This document shows positions 21,306-28,835 of a stretch of DNA of 58,184 nt, piece after piece. A model generated the notes under the pieces. It did no database searches. It worked only from the letters and a program-made list of their open reading frames with translations, and was not told the DNA's origin. Position 1 is the stretch's first letter. Every line of letters starts with the position of its first letter. This DNA comes from Caulobacteraceae bacterium. Its GTDB lineage: Bacteria > Pseudomonadota > Alphaproteobacteria > Caulobacterales > Caulobacteraceae. Both the position numbers and the translations under genes were made by a program. The DNA lies in contig DATHPX010000283.1 of NCBI GenBank assembly GCA_035483335.1, positions 1 to 58,184 of the forward strand, read 5' to 3'.

Positions 21306-22124
21306 GTGAGCGTGCGCTACGAGCGCAAGGGACGCCTTGCAGTGATCACCCTGGACCGGCCAGCGGCGCTGAACGCCCTCACCACCGCCATGATCGGCGA
21401 GGTCGAGAACCTGGCGCGACGCGCCGAGGCCGATCCCGCCGTCTTCGCCATCTGCATTACCGGCGAGGGACGCGGCTTCTGCTCAGGGCTGGACATGTCA
21501 GCGCTGGCGGACCACGCGGCCGGGAAAGCTCCTGCCGCCAGCGCAGAGGCGCTGGCCCATCCTGAACGGCGGATGATGTTCAGCGCCCTGCCGAGCATCG
21601 CCAAACCGGTGATCGCCGCTGTGAACGGCGTGGCCGCCGGCGGGGGCTTCATCCTGGCGATGATGAGCGACCTTCGCTTCATGGCCGAAGGGGCGAGCCT
21701 CATCACCGTCTTCTCCCGGCGCGGGCTGGTCGCCGAGCACGGCTCAGCCTTCATGTTGACCCGGCAGATCGGTCTGTCACGGACGTTGGATCTGTTGTGG
21801 AGCTCCCGGCGGATCGAGGCCGCCGAAGCCCTGCGCATCGGCCTCGCCGACCGCATCGTATCGGGCGAGAGCCTGGTCGCAGCCGTGGAGGCGTACGTGG
21901 AGGAGATGGCCGCCACGGTCGCGCCCCGCTCGGTGGCCGCCATGAAGCGGCAGGCCTATGCCTACCTGGAGATGAGCTTCGCCGAGGCGGCGACGGACAC
22001 CGCCGCCTTGATCGACGCATCTCTCGCCCACCCCGATGCGACGGAAGGCGCGGCTTCCTTCGTAGAACGCCGTCCGCCGCGCTTCGCGCCGCTAGAGCCT
22101 GATGCGTTCGCACGGGACAGATGA
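21306..22124 (+). CDS. Enoyl-CoA hydratase/isomerase family
   Basis: ITLDRPAALNAL, GFCSGLD, KPVIAAVNGVAAGGG; GTG start after GAGGGAG. Confidence 0.9.
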   Translation: MSVRYERKGRLAVITLDRPAALNALTTAMIGEVENLARRAEADPAVFAICITGEGRGFCSGLDMSALADHAAGKAPAASAEALAHPERRMMFSALPSIAKPVIAAVNGVAAGGGFILAMMSDLRFMAEGASLITVFSRRGLVAEHGSAFMLTRQIGLSRTLDLLWSSRRIEAAEALRIGLADRIVSGESLVAAVEAYVEEMAATVAPRSVAAMKRQAYAYLEMSFAEAATDTAALIDASLAHPDATEGAASFVERRPPRFAPLEPDAFARDR

Positions 22125-22210
22125 GAACGTTGAATCAAGCTCCACACTTTTGAATCTAGAGCAAATCATCCCCGTTCAGACGATCGCGTCTGAACGGGGT
22201 TTGCTCTGGA
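22092..22210. repeat. CIR/RIME-like two-hairpin intergenic repeat, copy 1
   Basis: ctagagc... and tagagcaaa...tttgctctgg boundaries, hairpin ccccgttcagacg/cgtctgaacgggg, two GAATC sites (22132, 22152); similar in reverse orientation to 50426-50536. Confidence 0.7.
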
Positions 22211-22222
22211 CTGAGGCCCTGC

Positions 22223-23755
22223 TCAGCCTTCGCCCAGAACCACCTCCCTCAACGCCCGATAGGGATCGTCAGTCACCCGGCTCTCCAGGTCGAAGATCAT
22301 CGTGGCGCGCCGACGCGCGTCGTAGCGCGGCCATTCCGGCAGGCCAGGCGCGTTTGGATCCCCCGCGCGGGCGAAGGCCAGCCAGGCGGCGGACATCTGA
22401 TCGGCGACCTTCTGAGGCTCCTCGCCACGGCCCACGAAGCTGCGGGCCTTCTCGACGTTGTCGAACACCAGCGGGATCTCGATGGCGTGAGGAGACTTCA
22501 GCCGGCCCCGAGCGACCGGCGTCTCCCAGGTCAGCAGATACATGAAGACTGGGGCAGACTGCTCCGCCTTCCGCTCAGCCAGGAGGATCGAATTGCCCCA
22601 CATGCCGGTGGCGGTGCCAATCGCCGCGACCAGGTGGGTAGGGGAATAGTCGGCGAACGCCTTCTTCAACTCGGCGATCAGGCGGCCCGCCCGCCCACCC
22701 GCGGCGGTAGTCGCGTGACGGTCGACATCCTCGTCGGTGAAGGAGCCGAATTTCGGATGGGAGAACATGAACAGGGTGTTCTCGTCCTTGTTGGTCCCGA
22801 TCAGCAGGGGAATGTCCCCTGACAGTGGCGTAGCGTCGGGCTGGAATGGATCGCGAGCCAGGACGTCGCCGTCCATCACCGGCGTGTAGAGCCGCATCAC
22901 GTCGCCGCCGATGGCCACGCTCTCGTGTGAGATCACGTCGGTCGGGATTTCGGCGAGTTCTTCGGCCCTCGTCACCTTCAACCGCTCGAGCAGCTTGCGG
23001 GCGGTCTCTGTCGCCTCGGCTGTCGACCTGCCGGTCAGGCCAGGACCGCTCTGGATGACGGCCTTATGGAAGAGGCCTCTCGCGCCAGGCATGGCCATGA
23101 GCAGCGAGACCTTCCACCCTCCCCCGCTCTCTCCGAAGATAGTGACGTTTTCCGGATCGCCCCCCAGGGCGGCGATGTTGTCGCGCACCCATTCCAGCGC
23201 CTGGACGATGTCGAGCATCCCCGCGAGACCCGAACGGGCGTAGTCGGCGCCAAAGACGTCCGCCAGGTGGAGATAGCCGAATACGTTCAACCGGTGGTTC
23301 ACCGTGACCGTGACGACGTCACCCTTCCGCGCCAGCGCGCCGCCATCGTACATGGACGCGCCGCCGGAGCCGTTGGCGAAGCCGCCGCCATGGAGCCAAA
23401 CCATCACTGGCCGGCGGGCTTGGTCGAGGCCGGGCGTCCAGACATTGAGGAACAGACAGTCCTCCGATGAGGCGGGCTCATCCGGCGCCGGCGGATCGCC
23501 AGGCGAGGTCCGACGCTCTCCTGGCGCCAGGCCCGACTGGATCGCCGGCGCGCCATAGGCGACCGCCTCGAAGACCTCGGACCATGGCTGGGGTCGCGCC
23601 GGCGGCTTGAACCGACCCGCCCCCGTAGGCGACGCCCCGTAGCGGAGGCCCTTGAAGACCGCCAGGCCATCCTCGAGGTATCCCCGAACCGGACCGCTAC
23701 AGGTCTCGACCGCCGCACTTAGGGCGAGCGGCGCGGTTGCCAGGTCGTCGGCCAT
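22223..23755 (-). CDS. Carboxylesterase type B (PnbA-like)
   Basis: SEDCLFLNVW, HGGG, GESGG nucleophile elbow, GTNKDE, HAIEI. Confidence 0.92.
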   Translation of the reverse strand: MADDLATAPLALSAAVETCSGPVRGYLEDGLAVFKGLRYGASPTGAGRFKPPARPQPWSEVFEAVAYGAPAIQSGLAPGERRTSPGDPPAPDEPASSEDCLFLNVWTPGLDQARRPVMVWLHGGGFANGSGGASMYDGGALARKGDVVTVTVNHRLNVFGYLHLADVFGADYARSGLAGMLDIVQALEWVRDNIAALGGDPENVTIFGESGGGWKVSLLMAMPGARGLFHKAVIQSGPGLTGRSTAEATETARKLLERLKVTRAEELAEIPTDVISHESVAIGGDVMRLYTPVMDGDVLARDPFQPDATPLSGDIPLLIGTNKDENTLFMFSHPKFGSFTDEDVDRHATTAAGGRAGRLIAELKKAFADYSPTHLVAAIGTATGMWGNSILLAERKAEQSAPVFMYLLTWETPVARGRLKSPHAIEIPLVFDNVEKARSFVGRGEEPQKVADQMSAAWLAFARAGDPNAPGLPEWPRYDARRRATMIFDLESRVTDDPYRALREVVLGEG

Positions 23756-23883
23756 CCCAGTTCCTCCATCCCTTTAGTTCCCCCATCTCACCGCGCCCCG
23801 CGCCCGCATGCAAGGCGACTGGCGCGAGCGGCGCGCCCCGGACGAACGCCCGCGACCCTGCGTCGCCGGGACCCCTGCGGCGT

Positions 23884-23912
23884 TTGCGCGACGGGGCCCA
23901 AGGCCTCATAAT
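23884..23912 (+). promoter_or_regulatory. Putative sigma70 promoter
   Basis: TTGCGC (23884-23889), 17-nt spacer, CATAAT (23907-23912). Confidence 0.6.
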
Positions 23913-23950
23913 CCTGAGTCCCTGCTCAACTGTTGAAAGGAGGTGATCCA

Positions 23951-24010
23951 GTGTCTCATTTGTCATCCCGAGGAACGCTGGAAATCTCCGTGGAGATTCA
24001 AGGCCTCTAA
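23951..24010 (+). CDS. Putative 19-aa peptide MSHLSSRGTLEISVEIQGL
   Basis: GTG immediately after AAAGGAGGTGATCCA (maximal Shine-Dalgarno); TAA at 24008-24010. Confidence 0.45.
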   Translation: MSHLSSRGTLEISVEIQGL

Positions 24011-24080
24011 GGAGTCCAGCGCTCTCGCGGACAAATGTGGGTGTCACTGGGGCTTCGTAGCCTCGGAGGCCTCCAAAGCG

Positions 24081-24110
24081 GAAGCCCCGGTCTCACGGCC
24101 GGGGCTTCTT
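24081..24110 (+). terminator. Intrinsic terminator-like hairpin
   Basis: gaagccccgg-tctcacgg-ccggggcttc then a short ttctt tail. Confidence 0.6.
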
Positions 24111-24643
24111 GCACTCGGATTCGGCGCGCTTTGCGGCGGCCAATTGAGCGCCGCCAACCCGCCCGTAATCTGGGCTTAGGTTCTGGGTTGATCACCTAAT
24201 GTCCTATTCCTCAAGCGGTGGCGCAGGCTGAAATCGCCCACGATCGTCTGAGGTCGTACGGCATGGGTCTGCCGCACTCCGATAGGCCAGGAAAGGCGAA
24301 TATGCAGCCAGGCGTCTCCAGGCCGGTCATTCTCGCTGGGCGCCGTGTGGGGGACCAAATCCGCGGCCAGGACGTCGGTGGTTGCAGCATGGACCGGGCT
24401 TGAGGATGGAAGGGTCCGCCCGACACAGCCCCGGGGCCCCCGGGAATTGCGCGCCCCATGATGGGCGACCCGCCGCCGCTGTACCGCCTCGCGGACTGGA
24501 AACGACAAGTCAAATCAGTCCCTGGATTCGAGCCCGCTCAACAGACGGGGAGCTTCATGGTTTGCTAAACGCTCGGCTCGACCTTACTGATGTCTGCCGT
24601 CTTGCCGAGTCTTGTACTGATCACACAGACCATCAAGAGTCCC

Positions 24644-25279
24644 ATGCTGCGTATCCTCATCGCTGATGACCACGAGATCGTTCGAAAAGGCGTCCGCGAC
24701 GTGATCGAGGGCCACCCGGGCTGGCAGGTCTGCGCAGAGGCGTCCGATGGCCAGCAGGCTCTGGAGCTCGCCCTGAAGGAGAAGCCGGACATCGCTGTCC
24801 TGGACGTCACCCTGCCTATCCTTAACGGCATCGCCGTGACCCAGAGGCTGCGCAAGGATCAACCCCACATTCGCGTGCTCCTGTTCACTATGCACGATGA
24901 CGACGACACGGTCAGCCGGGGCCTAGCCGCGGGCGCGCGCGGATACGTGCTGAAGTCGGACAGCGAGAGTCACCTTGAGGCGGCGATATCGGCGCTTGGG
25001 GCCAACCGCCCCTATTTTTCCTCGCCGGTCTCCGAACTGTTGCTCGACGCCGCGCTCAACGAGCGCAAGCGCTCGAAGCTCGAGAGCTTCACCATCCGTG
25101 AACTCGAGGTCGCTCAGTTGATCGCCGAGGGCAACTCGAACAAGCAGATCGGGCGGCTGCTCGATATCAGCATCAAGACCGTCGAGAGCCACCGGGCTGC
25201 AGCCATGCGCAAAGCCGGTGTCCACACGGCGGCCGAGTTCGTGCGCTTCGCTATCAAGCACAACCTGATCCAACCTTAG
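24644..25279 (+). CDS. NarL/LuxR-family response regulator
   Basis: ILIADDHEIVR, LDVTLP, GYVLK, RELEVAQLIAEGNSNKQI...KTVESHR. Confidence 0.95.
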   Translation: MLRILIADDHEIVRKGVRDVIEGHPGWQVCAEASDGQQALELALKEKPDIAVLDVTLPILNGIAVTQRLRKDQPHIRVLLFTMHDDDDTVSRGLAAGARGYVLKSDSESHLEAAISALGANRPYFSSPVSELLLDAALNERKRSKLESFTIRELEVAQLIAEGNSNKQIGRLLDISIKTVESHRAAAMRKAGVHTAAEFVRFAIKHNLIQP

Positions 25280-25364
25280 GTCGCAGCACCCCTCCGCCAC
25301 GGGTTTCTCCCGATGGCCGCGCCCCTCCGCCCGCGGAACAGTCGGGTCGAGGCAGGAGGCGCAA

Positions 25365-26759
25365 GTGAGCGGAGCCGACCCTCTGGACAGGGGCGCGGAT
25401 GCGGCGCGCCAAGCCGCCGCCCAGATCTATATCCACGTCTTCCCGCTGTTGCTCGTCGACATGGTGAGGCGCGCCCATCCGATGTCGCCGGGCCACTTCA
25501 GGCTGCTGCGGGAGGGAGCCGCGGTCCTCGCGCCGGGAATCGAAGAGGAGGATGAGCGTCTGGTGGTCGCCAGCGCCTGGGTCGACCTTTCGCAGGGCCC
25601 ACAGGTTCTTCGAATTCCCGATACGCGTCGACGCTATTTCGTCTTCACCCTGTTCGACACAGCCGGCGACGCCTTCGCAAGCTTCGGCTCACGCACCGGT
25701 AACGACCAGGGCCTGGACCTTGCGCTGGTTGGACCGCGCTGGCGCGGAGAGCTTCCACAGGGACTGGTGGCGCGCCGCGCGCCCAGCGACGGGGTGTGGG
25801 CCCTCGCGCGCATCTATGCGGACAGCGTTCTGGACCGTGACGAGGCCGAGGCCCTGGCCAACGAATTCAGCATCGGCCAGTTGCATGAGCCGATGCGCCG
25901 GCGGACCGGCCCGGCGCCGGACCTCGAACCGCCGACTGCGCCCATCCTGCGTCAGGTGTTGGAGCTCCCCGCACCGGTCTTCTTCCATCGCCTCGACGCC
26001 CTGTTGCAGAGGGCGCCGGAGGCCTACCGAGCGGCCCTTCTGGCCGAACTCTCGCCGTATCGAGCCGAGCTCGAAGGGCCGCCCAAGTCCGGCCAATGGC
26101 GGTCCGACCTGGCCCACTCGATCGAGGCGGCTGTGGCGGACGCCATCACTGAGATCCGCGAAGCGGCCCTGCGGCATGGGGCGGTCGGCTCCGACTGGCG
26201 CTGCGCGAGCTGGTCCGAAACGGCGGTTATGGCTCCTTTGGAGCGCGCGGCGCGAGCCTATGCCCAGATGGGAGCTCCCTCCCCGCAGGATCTCCTGGCC
26301 TTCGTGACCGAGCTGGATGCAAGCGGCAGGCTGATCTCCGGATCCAACGGCTATCGACTCCGCTTCCAGCACGGGGAGCTTCCGCCCGTGCGCGGGTACT
26401 GGAGGCTGTCGGCCTCCCCACCGGCCGCCAACGACCCGAGGCGCGGCGTCGGCAGCCGCAGCGAGTTGGTGCTCGAGCCGGACGGAACGCTCGAACTCGT
26501 CATTCAGAGGGACCTGCCGACCATCTCCCAGATCCCCAACTGGCTCTCCGCCCCTTCGGGGCGGTTCTCGCTGATCATGCGCCTGCACGGGCCGCTCGCA
26601 GCCGCGCTGAACACCGGCTGGCGCCCACCCCCCGTCGAACGGGTCGAGGCGGAGGCCGGCTCCAGTCCCGGGGCGGGACACGGACCCCCATCCGGTCGCG
26701 GCCCCGAAAATCTCCCGGACCGCGAGACCGCTTCGATCTCATGGAGCATCCTGCCGTGA
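25365..26759 (+). CDS. DUF1254/DUF1214 domain protein (divergent)
   Basis: AWVDLSQGPQVLRIPD..RYF, LVGPRWRG, YRLRF...PPVRGYWRLS, DGTLEL, NWLSAP, LIMRLHGP, WRPPPV. Confidence 0.8.
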   Translation: MSGADPLDRGADAARQAAAQIYIHVFPLLLVDMVRRAHPMSPGHFRLLREGAAVLAPGIEEEDERLVVASAWVDLSQGPQVLRIPDTRRRYFVFTLFDTAGDAFASFGSRTGNDQGLDLALVGPRWRGELPQGLVARRAPSDGVWALARIYADSVLDRDEAEALANEFSIGQLHEPMRRRTGPAPDLEPPTAPILRQVLELPAPVFFHRLDALLQRAPEAYRAALLAELSPYRAELEGPPKSGQWRSDLAHSIEAAVADAITEIREAALRHGAVGSDWRCASWSETAVMAPLERAARAYAQMGAPSPQDLLAFVTELDASGRLISGSNGYRLRFQHGELPPVRGYWRLSASPPAANDPRRGVGSRSELVLEPDGTLELVIQRDLPTISQIPNWLSAPSGRFSLIMRLHGPLAAALNTGWRPPPVERVEAEAGSSPGAGHGPPSGRGPENLPDRETASISWSILP

Positions 26760-27562
26760 AACCTCTGCATCTGGCCCTCGCACTCGCGCTCGGCGTGGCG
26801 CTTCCTCTTGCCGCCTCGGCCGCCACCGCCCCAACTTCGACGGCCCACGCCTCGTCGACCGCGAGGCGCACCGCGGCGACAACAGCCAAAAAGCTCGAGA
26901 TCGATCCAATGGCGATCGAGGCTTTACGCAAGATGAGCACCTATCTGCAGACGCTGCCTGCATTCGAACTTAAGTCCGACGCGAGCCTGGATGTCGTCAC
27001 AGCTGAAGGCCAACGGATTCAATTAGATGGCGTCGTGAATTACAAGGTGAGAAAGCCGGACGCGTTCGTCATTTCGGTGGACAGCGACGTCAAGAAGCGG
27101 ACTTTTTACTACGACGGAAAGCAATTCACGGTCTCCGCACCGGATCTCGGCTACTACGCGACTTCGTCTGCACGGCCGACCATTCACCAGACGCTCGACA
27201 TGATCTGGGAAAGGTTTGGCATCTCCCTACCGCTGGAGGACCTGTTCCGATGGGGCGAAGAGGGGAGCCCTAGGGTCGATACGGTCAGGGAGGCCTTTGT
27301 TGTCGGACCTGCCACCATCGACGGGGTTCAGACCGACCAATACGCCTTCCGAGAAGGTGACATCGATTGGCAGATCTGGATCGAGAGGGGCGACAAGCCC
27401 CTCCCCCGCAAGATGGTCATCGTTGACCGGACCGACCCCGCCGATCCCGCCTACAGCGCCAGGCTCACCTGGAACGTAAGCCCAAACCTCACGGCGGACG
27501 ACTTCGCCTTCCACCCCGCCAAGGACGCCAAGCCGATCAAGTTCGTCCTGGCTGGCCAATAG
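26741..27562 (+). CDS. DUF2092 family periplasmic protein (LolA-like clan)
   Basis: Signal peptide; ALRKMSTYL, YYDGKQFT, LPLEDL, DWQIWIERGDKPLPRK; GTG at 26756 is an alternative start. Confidence 0.85.
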   Translation: MEHPAVKPLHLALALALGVALPLAASAATAPTSTAHASSTARRTAATTAKKLEIDPMAIEALRKMSTYLQTLPAFELKSDASLDVVTAEGQRIQLDGVVNYKVRKPDAFVISVDSDVKKRTFYYDGKQFTVSAPDLGYYATSSARPTIHQTLDMIWERFGISLPLEDLFRWGEEGSPRVDTVREAFVVGPATIDGVQTDQYAFREGDIDWQIWIERGDKPLPRKMVIVDRTDPADPAYSARLTWNVSPNLTADDFAFHPAKDAKPIKFVLAGQ

Positions 27563-27574
27563 GAAAGCGCTGCG

Positions 27575-28585
27575 ATGATGAACAAGACCATTTCCAGGGT
27601 GGCGCTGGCGGCCTCGTTCGCGGCCCTCATCTCGGCCCTCGCCGCGCCTGCGGTTGACGCCCGCGGCGGACGCGGCGGCGGCGGAGGTCGAGGCGGCGGT
27701 GGCGGCGGACGCGGCGGCGGCGGCTTCGGCGGCGGCCGCGGCGGTGGCAGTTATGGCGGCGGAGGCGGTTTCGGCGGCGGCGGCGGCCGCGGCGGTCCTA
27801 CCGGCGGCGGGATCCGCGGTTCAGGTTCGAGCAGCATCAGCCGTCCGTCGGGCGGCGGCTTCGGCGGCGGCGGCCGCGGCGGCTACGGCGGTTACGGCGG
27901 AGGAGGGAGCAGCTTCAATCGTCCGAGCCAGATGCCGTCCGGCGGCAACCGCTTTGCAAGCAATGGCGGCGTGGGCGGCCCTGGCGGTGTCGGAGGCGTG
28001 GGCGGCGTTGGCGGCGCGGGAGGCGTCGGCCGTCCCGGTGGCGTGGGCGGTGTCGGGGGCGCTGGAGGGGTGGGCCGCCCAGGCGGCGTCGGTGGCGCGG
28101 GAGGCGTCGGCCGTCCCGGCGGCGTCGGAGGAGTGGGTGGAGTTGGTGGCGTCGGCGGCGCCGGCCGACCGGGGAACCGGCCTGGCGGCGGCAACAACAT
28201 AGGAAACGGCAATAACAACAACATCAACAATGGCACGATCAACGTCGGAAACGGCAACGGCGGCTGGTACGGCGGCGGATGGGGCGGGTACTACGACCAC
28301 CCCATCGGGGCCGGTCTCGCGATCGGCGCAGTCGCCGGGCTGACGGCTGCGGCCATCGGGTCGGCGTACTACGCCCTGCCAGCAGGCTGCCCCGCCTATC
28401 CGTACGGCGGCTATTCCTACTACCACTGCGGCGGGGCGTTCTACGAGCCACGCTACGAGGGAGACACGGTGGTCTATGTGACCGTTCCCGACCCCGCTAA
28501 CGGGCAGGGAGGCGCATCGGCGCCGGCCGAAGGGGTGGCGGCCAACAACATGCCAATGCCGTCCGGCGGACCTCCAACGGAATAG
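27575..28585 (+). CDS. Secreted glycine-rich low-complexity protein with Tyr/Cys-rich C-terminal domain
   Basis: Signal peptide ending AVDA; RGG tract, GGVGG(A/V)GGVGRP repeats, Asn-rich tract, LPAGC...YYHCGGAFYEP. Confidence 0.85.
   Translation: MMNKTISRVALAASFAALISALAAPAVDARGGRGGGGGRGGGGGGRGGGGFGGGRGGGSYGGGGGFGGGGGRGGPTGGGIRGSGSSSISRPSGGGFGGGGRGGYGGYGGGGSSFNRPSQMPSGGNRFASNGGVGGPGGVGGVGGVGGAGGVGRPGGVGGVGGAGGVGRPGGVGGAGGVGRPGGVGGVGGVGGVGGAGRPGNRPGGGNNIGNGNNNNINNGTINVGNGNGGWYGGGWGGYYDHPIGAGLAIGAVAGLTAAAIGSAYYALPAGCPAYPYGGYSYYHCGGAFYEPRYEGDTVVYVTVPDPANGQGGASAPAEGVAANNMPMPSGGPPTE
27965..28175 (+). repeat. Coding tandem repeats (GGVGGAGGVGRP)n
   Basis: Repeated ggcggcgtcggc-type units with synonymous variation. 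Confidence 0.8.
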
Positions 28586-28626
28586 GCCGGGCCGAGTTGA
28601 AGTCCTTCTGGCAGGTCGCGCGTGTT

Positions 28627-28737
28627 GAAGAAAAAAGGCCCCGCGCAGTTTATGCGCGCGGGGCCGAAGTACTCAGGGCCGCCAGAGAGGGACCAGGCCC
28701 TGATGTCGCCACGGTTCAGGGGGGGATTACGAACCTT
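28627..28737 (-). ncRNA. Candidate three-hairpin sRNA with C/U-rich loops
   Basis: Minus strand: ggttc-gtaatccccccct-gaacc; tcagggcc-tggtccctctctggc-ggccctga; terminator with T6. Confidence 0.5.
28631..28665 (-). terminator. Intrinsic terminator
   Basis: ggccccgcgc...gcgcggggcc followed by tttttt on the minus strand. Confidence 0.8.
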
Positions 28738-28835
28738 TGCGGACATTCGGATCATGCCAGCTTGGCGTGTGCGGTCGGATCGGGTGAATCCCTGATGCCG
28801 CGAGGCGACCGACCCTCCCACTCGCGACCAGGCTC

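Larger units (their letters stand above)
23918..24112 (+). ncRNA. Candidate structured small RNA / leader RNA containing a 19-codon ORF
   Basis: Promoter upstream, long fold-back stem 23948-24050, terminator hairpin at the 3' end; ends are estimated. Confidence 0.6.

Noticed and set aside
23936-23951. 16S rRNA gene fragment on the minus strand (CTGGATCACCTCCTTT)
   Set aside because: The match stops after 16 nt and the flanks do not resemble helix 45 or an ITS; the context fits an RBS on the plus strand.
24190-24600. tmRNA/RNase P or small CDSs in the gap before the response regulator
   Set aside because: No tRNA-like ends, tag peptide or RNase P motifs recognised; the short ORFs lack an RBS and recognisable motifs.
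27660-28200. CRISPR-like or non-coding tandem array
   Set aside because: The repeats are in-frame, vary at third codon positions and have no unique spacers; no cas genes.
27821-28426. Pro/Thr-rich and Ala-rich ORFs (27892-28257, 27821-28426, 27654-28202)
   Set aside because: Shadow frames of the Gly-rich gene, which has the signal peptide and operon context.
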